From IMG/VR virus record IMGVR_UViG_3300028833_000004: DNA of 64,000 nt. One strand, 5' to 3'. Source of the stretch: a virus. Shown in pieces: positions 33,181 to 40,879 of the stretch. The position numbers and the translations under genes are program-made. Position 1 is the stretch's first letter, and each line of letters starts with the position of its first letter. The notes beneath the pieces are model-generated. The model searched no databases and was not told the DNA's origin. It worked only from the letters and a program-made list of their open reading frames with translations.

Positions 33181-33849
33181 ATGGCAACAAAGAATATTAT
33201 TGCCGAAGTAATTAATGCGAGCAAAGATGCTCGCCAATTTAGTGAGGAAGAGCTTCAAAAGAAGCTTGCCTCTCTAAATGGGCGAGATGGCTCGCCCCTC
33301 AAAGCCGAAGAGGAGCTTTGGCTCCTCCCGGTGCTCCTTCCAAGCTGGAAGTGGAAGGGCATTGAGGGTGAATACCCTGCACTTCCAGCCATCAACCAGA
33401 ACGGACACCTGGTCGTAATAGGTCTTGGAAGCCTCGCTGGAGGTTCTGGGTACCTAGAGGATCCAGGCGAAGGAACCTGGGAAATTTCGGAGACCGGATG
33501 GTGGTATCTAAAACCGTCTGAGGTCCCCGAAGGTGGTAGCAGGGCCACCAAAGTCTGGGGGTTGTCGAGGAGTCTTAAAGACTCATTCAACGACAACCTC
33601 GAGCTCAGAGGGGTCGTATCCCTCAAAGTAGAGGAGGACGGCTATTGTTACGGGCCGAGGCTCGTAAAGGCCGGGAGTCCCGACGAGGGACGAGAGAGGG
33701 CAAGCCTGCGCTTTAAGCGCAACACCCATTTCTGGGAAGGCAAGGCCCAGCCAATAACCGCCATTCCGAGCAAACTTAAAAAGTTTGCAGAGAAGCTGGG
33801 TTTACCGATGGAATGGCTAAAACCATTCCCAGCTGACTTCTACTGCTGA
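33181..33849 (+). CDS. hypothetical protein (222 aa), starts MATKN
   Basis: Track ORF 33160..33849 trimmed to the ATG. Followed by a strong terminator. Confidence 0.65.
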   Translation: MATKNIIAEVINASKDARQFSEEELQKKLASLNGRDGSPLKAEEELWLLPVLLPSWKWKGIEGEYPALPAINQNGHLVVIGLGSLAGGSGYLEDPGEGTWEISETGWWYLKPSEVPEGGSRATKVWGLSRSLKDSFNDNLELRGVVSLKVEEDGYCYGPRLVKAGSPDEGRERASLRFKRNTHFWEGKAQPITAIPSKLKKFAEKLGLPMEWLKPFPADFYC

Positions 33850-33850
33850 A

Positions 33851-33892
33851 ATAAAGGATCCTAGAGAAATCTAGGATCCTTTATTTTTTTTG
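33851..33892 (+). terminator. rho-independent terminator
   Basis: 14-bp perfect stem 33851-33864/33871-33884, then T8. Confidence 0.85.
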
Positions 33893-33970
33893 GCGACTCA
33901 TCATGGCCCCAGGTACTTTATAGCGCATAAAGCGTATTATTATTTTTTTTTAATTTAATATTTTTATTGT

Positions 33971-34639
33971 ATGGCAACGAAAAATTCGTATCTGGGTGAA
34001 AAATTCAACCCAGCAGATGAGAGCGATCGTGCTCTCAAAGACATGAAGGCACTCGAATCAGTTAATTTTGAGCGCCAAGCTCCATTAACTGAAGGTGCAA
34101 CTTATATCCTCCTACCGCAGGAAAATACAGCGGCTGTATATACTATCCCAGGAGTTGGTGATAGAGTTTCTCGCCGATTCTGGGCAGTTGAGCTTAACCG
34201 AAAGAATGAGCCTGTATCTATACGTAGTATAGGCTATTCATCGATAGCCAAAATGGGATATCAAGAAAAGACTTCAGCTCAACCTGCTGCACCAGAGGTT
34301 CCTGCATATCAGGATAAAGAAGGAAAATGGCACCCGAAACGTGGGTTAAGTTATGTGTTCTCATGCGAGGACCACAACTTCATTAAGGCAAACCCAGAGA
34401 CAATGCTTATGGAGATAAAGACTCCTACGGCATTGAAAGTGATGCGTAGAGCCGAAGTGTGGGTTGCATCCTTTAAGGATCAAGCATTAGTAGTAAAGGA
34501 CGGGATGATTGTTCCTGAAGTAGATGACCGATTCGTGTTCTTCAAAACCCTCGTAGCCCCAACTGAAGATATAGTTGAGGCTTGCAAAAAGGTCCTTGAA
34601 AATGAAGACTCAATTCAAGACTGCCTTTACCTGTTGTAA
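33971..34639 (+). CDS. hypothetical protein (222 aa), starts MATKN
   Basis: Track ORF. Same length and same first 5 residues as ORF 33181. Confidence 0.65.
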   Translation: MATKNSYLGEKFNPADESDRALKDMKALESVNFERQAPLTEGATYILLPQENTAAVYTIPGVGDRVSRRFWAVELNRKNEPVSIRSIGYSSIAKMGYQEKTSAQPAAPEVPAYQDKEGKWHPKRGLSYVFSCEDHNFIKANPETMLMEIKTPTALKVMRRAEVWVASFKDQALVVKDGMIVPEVDDRFVFFKTLVAPTEDIVEACKKVLENEDSIQDCLYLL

Positions 34640-34649
34640 GGGTAGTCTT

Positions 34650-35330
34650 GAAGGTAACACTTTTAAAACCGAAAATATTTCATATAAGTGTTATTTTATA
34701 AAGGGCCGACCGAAACCAGCAGACGGTGAAATAGTTTATGCCATGTTTCGCCGTCTGTCTGATGATTCGGTATTATTATTAATGTATCTCCCTGAATGGT
34801 CAGGAGTATAAATATTGTTGACCAGGAATTTGTCAGTAGTATTGAAACTGTCAATATGTAGTTATATAACATCCGCAGTATTATACATTGAAATATGTAT
34901 AATTGTCTAACAAGTTATGTATAATAAGTTGAAGGTGAAATCTAAATCCTAATCCTGTATAGTTAGACTACAGGTAGCATGTGCAATACCTATAGGTCAT
35001 GCTGTGTGTATATACCCTAAGAGTATCTAGTTCCTATGCTTATAAATGGAAATGGTAGGGGTATTATACACACAAAAAATTGTATTTTGTTAATCAAAAG
35101 TAGTTCAGTATTAAAATGAAGCATAGCGGCTGGTAACCGATTAGAGAGTACCAGACATAGAGTGAAGTCTGTGTCGAAACACATTGCTATAGGAAGACCT
35201 CTATAGATAAAAGGACAATGTGTATGCAATTTCCTTACTGCATAAATCCGAGACTGTTGGTAACAGTTGAACTTCACAGACAGCTATATAGGTGGACTAA
35301 CCATCCGCATCTAGACTATATAGCTTTTTT
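34650..35330 (+). ncRNA. hairpin-dense non-coding tract (one or more small RNAs?)
   Basis: Hairpins at 34954-34974 and 35004-35073 (14+ bp). Two ATGTATAAT boxes at about 34894 and 34917. Ends at terminator 35282-35330. Confidence 0.3.
35282..35330 (+). terminator. rho-independent terminator
   Basis: 9-bp stem AGCTATATA/TATATAGCT at 35282-35290/35317-35325, then T6. Confidence 0.6.
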
Positions 35331-35581
35331 ACTCATACCACTGTGATAGGTGGTATGGGTCCTATCTTGCTTTCTGATATACAATCAGTGGACAACTGCT
35401 TACTTTGAAGAATAAAGGTATGGCAAGAGCTGCACTCTTACTAGGTTCTTGAGTGATAACTTCAAAGCGCTGCGTTTATTAGAGCGTGGAAACAGAAATC
35501 TAATACTCTATTTCTTATTCAGAGTATAACTGAATATATCCCATCCGATGGTAGTGAAAACGATGTAAAACTAAACCTACC

Positions 35582-35607
35582 AATTTTTATTAACAATCTA
35601 AAAATTA
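35582..35607 (+). promoter_or_regulatory. conserved 26-nt early leader/promoter motif, copy 1
   Basis: aatttttattaacaatctaaaaatta lies 8 nt before ATG 35616. A near-identical copy sits at 35993-36018. Confidence 0.4.
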
Positions 35608-35615
35608 TTAGTAAT

Positions 35616-35984
35616 ATGCAAACAATTATGTATCAAGATGAAAAAGGATATAGATATATCCCAGTTTTCCAACCAGAGTTATCAAACTTGTTTGAATATA
35701 CTCGAAAAAAAGTATATCACATCTATACAGATAATCCTAAATGGTGTGGAAAAATATTACCAGAAGTAGTAAATGACACATCTATAGACGTAGGTACAAG
35801 AACTTATTGGCTGGAGAGAACTAATAACTCCATAGAGTGGGGACTAAAACCTTATCACAAGATATCATTTAAAGACATTGAAGAATTAGATGAAGATATA
35901 TGTGAAATATATAATTTTGAGTCAATTGGAATTGATTCAAGTGGAGTTTATGAATATGAAATTATCTATCCCTATGATGATTAG
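35616..35984 (+). CDS. hypothetical protein (122 aa)
   Basis: Track ORF. Terminates at TAG (35982-35984). Confidence 0.65.
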   Translation: MQTIMYQDEKGYRYIPVFQPELSNLFEYTRKKVYHIYTDNPKWCGKILPEVVNDTSIDVGTRTYWLERTNNSIEWGLKPYHKISFKDIEELDEDICEIYNFESIGIDSSGVYEYEIIYPYDD

Positions 35985-35992
35985 GGATAGAT

Positions 35993-36018
35993 AATTTTTA
36001 TTAACAATTTAAAAATTA
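35993..36018 (+). promoter_or_regulatory. conserved 26-nt early leader/promoter motif, copy 2
   Basis: aatttttattaacaatttaaaaatta lies 6 nt before ATG 36025. Confidence 0.4.
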
Positions 36019-36024
36019 AAAAAT

Positions 36025-36324
36025 ATGAAAAAAGTATATAACGTTGTTCATCACTATGATGTTGATGGCGGAATTGGATATGCCATCAGTCAAAAAGAAG
36101 TTCTATTTATAACTTCTGTCAAAAAAGTGGCAGAAGAATTTATAGATAAATATTCCCATGATCATGTCTATGATGTTCCATATTCAGAACTTCATATGGG
36201 ATTATTAAAAGTGGAAGAATTCAATGTAATAGAATCTTGGGAGGATATCCCCAAAAATATAATTGAATGGGGAGATGAAAACAAAAGTGAGACAGACAAC
36301 TATAATCCGGATGACTATCATTAA
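36025..36324 (+). CDS. hypothetical protein (99 aa)
   Basis: Track ORF. Confidence 0.65.
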   Translation: MKKVYNVVHHYDVDGGIGYAISQKEVLFITSVKKVAEEFIDKYSHDHVYDVPYSELHMGLLKVEEFNVIESWEDIPKNIIEWGDENKSETDNYNPDDYH

Positions 36325-36382
36325 GATTATGAGTTTTCTATCTCAGACTGGTTAGATTGGTAATTATTAAAATATATAAATT

Positions 36383-36601
36383 ATGAAGAAGATATTGAAT
36401 TATATACTGTTGTACGGCACAATAGTGTACAGCTTGCTATTTTTAATGGCGGCAGAGTCATTAATCGAAAGCCTTCCCGCAATAGCCTGTATTATGATTT
36501 TAATACAGGCAACATTAATATTCTTATGTATAGGAATATTTGGAGATGGAAAGTGGCGTGAATATGTACCTAAATGGATAAGTAGGATGGATGAAGATTA
36601 A
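36383..36601 (+). CDS. small membrane protein (72 aa)
   Basis: Track ORF with two hydrophobic helices. Confidence 0.6.
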   Translation: MKKILNYILLYGTIVYSLLFLMAAESLIESLPAIACIMILIQATLIFLCIGIFGDGKWREYVPKWISRMDED

Positions 36602-36804
36602 TTAAATCATGATATATCCTTATATAATGAAACCCTTTTTGACTAACCATTTATGGAGGAATAAATGGAAGCAGGTAAGAAGACATAATAGAAATTGACC
36701 AATTTTCATTATCCTGAGGATCTGGGTACACACAGTATCCTGAAAGTCTTCAATTTGTTCCTAAGAGAGTGATATCTGTTAGGGGCACTAACCCTGCAAA
36801 GGGA

Positions 36805-36878
36805 TTTGTCGTATTAATTTGTGTTTTTCCTGTCGAGAGAGTCTTAATCCTTATTTGGTTGGAAGATGGTTTAGAAGA
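36805..36878 (+). repeat. 74-bp border repeat, order A(36 nt)-B(38 nt)
   Basis: A is tttgtcgtattaatttgtgtttttcctgtcgagaga. B is gtcttaatccttatttggttggaagatggtttagaaga. Both recur at 38350-38423 in swapped order. Confidence 0.9.
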
Positions 36879-37101
36879 CATGCGCGTGCGGTTATATAAG
36901 TAGTGTGTCTTCCGAGTAGTGTGTCTTGCGAACGACTCGGATGAACGACTACAAATTAACGTTTTTTTAGTAACTTGTTTGGGCATGTTAAGTCTTGGTG
37001 TTGATTTCATGTTCTCGAAGTGTCCGTTTGAGGTATATTCGGACGATTTTTATATTACTATTTCAAAAGTGGAGGCACCACGATAAAAACTGTTTATTGT
37101 T

Positions 37102-37383
37102 ATGTATTTATTGAACGCATTTAGTTTGCAGATGGTGGAAACACCTGTATCTGTGAAATTTTCTGAAATAGAAGTGAACGAATTGCCCAAAGAATTAACA
37201 TCAGCCATCGGGCATGCGGATACTGCTGCTGTTCTTGGTGTTGAATGCAATCGCATAAATGTTAAATTAGCAAAAGGCGATACCGCATACGTTGCCCAAC
37301 TGATGGGCGGACGACTCCCCGAAGGGAGCACAACTCTCCCCGAAGGATTCCACTTCAAGTTTATTAAGGTGGACGTTGAATAA
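37102..37383 (+). CDS. acrIII-1: DUF1874 / AcrIII-1-like viral ring nuclease (anti-type III CRISPR), 93 aa
   Basis: LLNAFSLQM, SAIGHADTA, CNRINVKLAKGDTAYVAQ and GGRLPEGSTTLPEG match recalled hallmarks of SIRV1 gp29 / STIV B116 (NAFSINM, IGHxSTA, NR..GD, RLEEG). Confidence 0.7.
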   Translation: MYLLNAFSLQMVETPVSVKFSEIEVNELPKELTSAIGHADTAAVLGVECNRINVKLAKGDTAYVAQLMGGRLPEGSTTLPEGFHFKFIKVDVE

Positions 37384-37499
37384 ATCCCTTATTCAAAATA
37401 ATCAATACGTCAAAGAGCTAATAAATAGGATTTTTGACTAAAATGACAAATCATAAATCCTTAATTAAAAATTACTTATATTTATAAACCTACAATCAA

Positions 37500-37925
37500 A
37501 TGCCATTTAATGAGATGTGGGAAAGTTTAGTGAATATGTATAAGAGTACTGTAATGTTTCTCCGCTCAAATCGGAGAAATCGTCAAACAAAAATGACGAG
37601 GGGCGAATATTGTCCAGGAGAGCTTAAAAGTTCTCAGGCAATTCGCCAAATACTTTTTGATTTGAGAGGTAAGTTAATTCACTTTCCCAAGGATTCTTGG
37701 GTGTACTACATCTTAAGAGACCTTAAGATGGAAGAGTTCCGAAGAGGTGAAATAACCTACTGGAGATGTTGCCCGTACTTTGAGAGGGTGTACATTAACT
37801 TCAATGATGAAGCTAATTGGAACGAACTCCAAAGTACAGGTAAACTCTCCTGGGCTCGGGATGAGTATATATCATGGCTAAAAGCTGTGATGCCGCTCCG
37901 TTCTGAGATTATCCAGGTAGAGTGA
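37500..37925 (+). CDS. hypothetical protein (141 aa)
   Basis: Track ORF downstream of the acr-like gene. No recognised motif. Confidence 0.5.
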   Translation: MPFNEMWESLVNMYKSTVMFLRSNRRNRQTKMTRGEYCPGELKSSQAIRQILFDLRGKLIHFPKDSWVYYILRDLKMEEFRRGEITYWRCCPYFERVYINFNDEANWNELQSTGKLSWARDEYISWLKAVMPLRSEIIQVE

Positions 37926-38219
37926 TCTCCATCGGAGTTCCCACTACAGCAATGTGAATGGCAAGAGAGTGGGTGAAAGAGAGTTGCCCGCTGGTCACGT
38001 AAGACCACAGTCGAAGGTTACACGGAATCTTAAAGATGTAACCGAGTATTTAAAGTTGGGGACAAGTGATTGGTTTTGCTTGTACTTTCTAAATGGGTGT
38101 ACGCCATTCCGTCGGGAATAGTATTCTACTACCATTCCTTGTAAACGACCCGACGCTAAATAATAAACGTTCGACAACGGAAGGACTTGTGCTATCAGGC
38201 TGAACGGGCGGAAATATAG

Positions 38220-38260
38220 CAATCGCATGGGTTAGGTGCGTCCGTGCGGTTGCTTTTTTG
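38220..38260 (+). terminator. rho-independent terminator
   Basis: 9-bp stem GCAATCGCA/TGCGGTTGC (one G-U) at 38220-38228/38246-38254, then T6. Confidence 0.6.
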
Positions 38261-38349
38261 TTATGCACCAAAACGATTTGAACGGATGAAGAGTCTGAAA
38301 ATTTGGCTTGTCAATGTATCTAATTGGCAAGTTGTAGAACATTGCGGCG

Positions 38350-38423
38350 GTCTTAATCCTTATTTGGTTGGAAGATGGTTTAGAAGATTTGTCGTATTAA
38401 TTTGTGTTTTACCTGTCGAGAGA
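38350..38423 (+). repeat. 74-bp border repeat, order B(38 nt)-A(36 nt)
   Basis: B is identical to 36841-36878. A differs from 36805-36840 at one base. Confidence 0.9.
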
Positions 38424-38480
38424 CAGTAAGATCCTGTTGTGAAACAGTGTCTCTGGCATTTTAGATGTTAATAATATACG

Positions 38481-38603
38481 GGTATAGGAGTTTGAATACT
38501 CCCATACCTCCTAAAGTAATAAAGTTGTTAAAACTTTGCTGAGGCCGAATATACTCGCTTAGGCTTTGTTACTTGGGTATAGAGATTTGGTTATCTCTAT
38601 ACC
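38481..38603 (+). repeat. two related hairpins (GGTATAGrAG...CTCyATACC)
   Basis: Hairpins at 38481-38508 and 38576-38603 share stem sequence and the flanking TACCTyCTAA. No T-runs. Confidence 0.6.
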
Positions 38604-38697
38604 TTCTAATTTAATTGAAGAATTTATTTGTTGTTTATTGGGTTGTTTTGTTGAAGTTTGTCATGAGGATTACTTAATTGGGGTTAAGTAATCAGAA

Positions 38698-38727
38698 CTC
38701 TCCCCTGAAATATGGGGAGAGTTTTAT
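38698..38727. terminator. bidirectional terminator hairpin
   Basis: Stem CTCTCCCC/GGGGAGAG at 38698-38705/38714-38721. Abuts the stop of the minus-strand gene at 38724. Confidence 0.6.
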
Positions 38728-39476
38728 AAAACTATATCTTGAAAATTAACTTTATTTTCTTGTATATGTTTTACCAGTGCATTAATTGTTTTAGATTGAT
38801 GTTCTAACTTCTCTTGTAATTGTTTATATTTAAGAGATAAATCATCATGTTCTGATTGTAGAGATTCAATTTTAGAATCTGTTTCTAAGAATTTAAGAGC
38901 AATAGTATTGGCGAATTCATTAAAATTATATATTCGCTGGTAATTACATTCTAAATCAGTATGCCCATTATCTGGGATTTTTACCAATATATTTTTATCT
39001 TCTAAGGATTTCTCATATTTTTGTAAAGTTCTGGGATCTATATTGAGATAATTTGCTAATTGTTTATTACTATATGTAATAATTCCATTTTGTGCAACTG
39101 GATCTTTAAACATAAATTGTTGACTCATTACAATCATCGACTTATCTCTAGAGGATAAATTAGAATCATTTAGAAAATCAAAAGAAAATATTTCAAATTT
39201 ATTATAATCATTAAAGGTATATATAGAAGATGTGCCAGGTCTCTTAGTTATATTAATATATCCTGCATTTTCTAACCTTTTAAGTCCATTTAAAATAGTT
39301 TTTCTATCTAATTCGGAATCTTTTACAATAGTGGAAATTTGTGGATATGCCTGTTTTGTTTCTAAATTCATATATTTTTTAATACAGGCATAGATATAGG
39401 GATCATTTAGTGTTAATCCTTGCTTTTTTAAATCCATATTTGGGATTTGTACGTGCTGTTTTGATAATTCATTCAT
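38724..39476 (-). CDS. replication initiator-like protein with two winged-helix-type domains (250 aa)
   Basis: Track ORF. Contains YPQISTIVKDSELDRKTILNGLKRLENAGYI and NKQLANYLNIDPRTLQKYEKSLEDKNIL. Divergent from the adjacent iteron array. Confidence 0.55.
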   Translation of the reverse strand: MNELSKQHVQIPNMDLKKQGLTLNDPYIYACIKKYMNLETKQAYPQISTIVKDSELDRKTILNGLKRLENAGYINITKRPGTSSIYTFNDYNKFEIFSFDFLNDSNLSSRDKSMIVMSQQFMFKDPVAQNGIITYSNKQLANYLNIDPRTLQKYEKSLEDKNILVKIPDNGHTDLECNYQRIYNFNEFANTIALKFLETDSKIESLQSEHDDLSLKYKQLQEKLEHQSKTINALVKHIQENKVNFQDIVL

Positions 39477-39630
39477 AATAACTTTTATTTTTTACAAAAT
39501 TACTAAAATATAAATATATAAAAAAGATAATGTTATTATTTTTAAAATAATCTAAAGAAGTTATTATTATTGCATAAATGTAATTAGGTAGTGTAATTTT
39601 TGTAATTATATTGGGAATTAAATAAACTTA

Positions 39631-39724
39631 TTGGTATTGGTATACAAATTCGATACTACCCTATGCAAATTCGATACTACCCCCCTATGCAAAATTGGTA
39701 CTACCCTATGCAAAATTGGTACTC
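39631..39724 (+). repeat. iteron array (4 x about 21-24 bp), origin-like
   Basis: TAT(A/G)CAAA(A)TT(C/G)G(A/T)TACTACCC starts at 39641, 39662, 39686 and 39707. Followed by AT-rich direct repeats at 39725-39760. Confidence 0.7.
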
Positions 39725-39789
39725 TAACTATACTTATATATACTTATATAACTATACTTAACCGGCTAAGCCGGAACCTAGCCTCGAAA

Positions 39790-39806
39790 TGTACAATAAT
39801 TGTACA
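39790..39806. promoter_or_regulatory. perfect 8-1-8 palindrome TGTACAAT-A-ATTGTACA
   Basis: Seen directly, between the iterons and tRNA-Arg. Confidence 0.4.
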
Positions 39807-39846
39807 AAAGAGGGCTACCATATGGTAAAAATAGAGCTGGGTCAAT

Positions 39847-39919
39847 GCCGCAATAGCTCAATGGATAGAGCAACTGACTTCTAATCAGTAGGTTGTAAGT
39901 TCGATTCTTACTTGCGGTA
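39847..39919 (+). tRNA. tRNA-Arg (TCT)
   Basis: Acceptor GCCGCAA/TTGCGGT. D-stem GCTC/GAGC. Anticodon loop CT-TCT-AA. T-arm GTAAG-TTCGATT-CTTAC. Confidence 0.85.
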
Positions 39920-39990
39920 CTAGGGAGAGAGGAGTATCTCCACCCTCAAACACTCCCAACTGCTTACTAATCAGTTAAATATATTTTTTT

Positions 39991-40067
39991 ATGAGGTGAA
40001 CATTAGTATAACGTGTGTGCTTTTTTTGTTTTCATGTTTTTAGCTATCTATACTAATGTCACCTCAT
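39991..40067. repeat. about 20-bp inverted repeat with 38-nt spacer
   Basis: atgaggtgaacattagtata (39991-40010) pairs with tatactaatgtcacctcat (40049-40067), with a 1-nt indel. T-runs flank it. Confidence 0.7.
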
Positions 40068-40107
40068 TTCTTTTTTATGAACAGACTTAATATTAATATA
40101 TAAAATC

Positions 40108-40263
40108 ATGAAACCTATAATGATTCTTTTGCTTGTTTTATTTATTTTAACAAGTACATTTGGATTAGTTAATTTCAACTTTAATCCTAAACAAGAATTT
40201 CTTATACTCTTAATTATAGGATTATTTGGAACATTATTATCAATATTTTATTTTATGTTATGA
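40108..40263 (+). CDS. small membrane protein (51 aa)
   Basis: ATG at 40108. The TGA overlaps ATG 40260. Two hydrophobic segments. Confidence 0.45.
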   Translation: MKPIMILLLVLFILTSTFGLVNFNFNPKQEFLILLIIGLFGTLLSIFYFML

Positions 40264-40592
40264 CAAACCAACAACTAGCCCGGAGAGAGAAACTTCGTAA
40301 AGTTATGAATTGTTACATTCTAACTGAAAACCAAACTCTGAGTACTCTTACTCAGTTTGTAGATTATGCTTTTATCTATAAATTAAAGCAATTAGGCTAT
40401 TTAATGAATAATGGCCGACTTCTTCGTTGGGTTAATAGAGAATTTTTATCAAATGTTGAGAGAAATTCTGAATTTATTATCCTACGTGGATGGGATGGAA
40501 TCAGCAAATTGCCAAAACTCGGAGAACCTAAATTACTCCAAGAATTTACTAATCAAGAATTAATGAATGAACTTTTAAGAAGATTATGCTAA
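40260..40592 (+). CDS. hypothetical protein (110 aa)
   Basis: Track ORF. Confidence 0.6.
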   Translation: MTNQQLARREKLRKVMNCYILTENQTLSTLTQFVDYAFIYKLKQLGYLMNNGRLLRWVNREFLSNVERNSEFIILRGWDGISKLPKLGEPKLLQEFTNQELMNELLRRLC

Positions 40593-40879
40593 ACACCTAC
40601 ATTAACGAGGGAAAACGCACTATAGTTGTAGTCCTCACAGAAGGTAATTTATCATTTGTTGGAAAAGCAAAATGCTCTCCAAATGATATTTTTGACGAAT
40701 CCAAAGGTAAGAAGATTGCTCTTAAAAGAGCACAAATCAAATTCTACAAGCACTTGAAGCAAATGAATTCTATTCGAATATCTATGCTTAATGGAGCAAT
40801 TAATCAATTACAAGTCGAAAAAGAAAAGTTTGGCTCCAAAATCCAAAAACTGGAACAACAACTTAAAGAATTAAATTAA
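40586..40879 (+). CDS. hypothetical protein (97 aa)
   Basis: Track ORF with a coiled-coil C-terminus. Confidence 0.6.
   Translation: MLNTYINEGKRTIVVVLTEGNLSFVGKAKCSPNDIFDESKGKKIALKRAQIKFYKHLKQMNSIRISMLNGAINQLQVEKEKFGSKIQKLEQQLKELN

Larger units (their letters stand above)
30986..35600 (+). other. compositionally foreign, visibly GC-richer island between the late and early arms
   Basis: Abrupt composition change at the CCCCGGGG palindrome (30991-30998). Own terminators. Long non-coding structured tracts. ORFs with a different codon style. Confidence 0.6.

Noticed and set aside
30986-35600. Island as an integrated mobile element (IS, transposon, satellite), a diversity-generating retroelement or a retron.
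   Set aside because: No integrase, transposase or reverse-transcriptase-like ORF was found. No terminal inverted or direct repeats and no template/variable repeat pair were found by eye. Left as a foreign island of unknown origin.
36805-38423. Calling the A/B repeats a CRISPR array.
   Set aside because: There are only two copies of each unit, and the unit that would be a spacer is itself duplicated. The copies are 1.5 kb apart and no cas genes are present. Kept only as a repeat of unknown nature.
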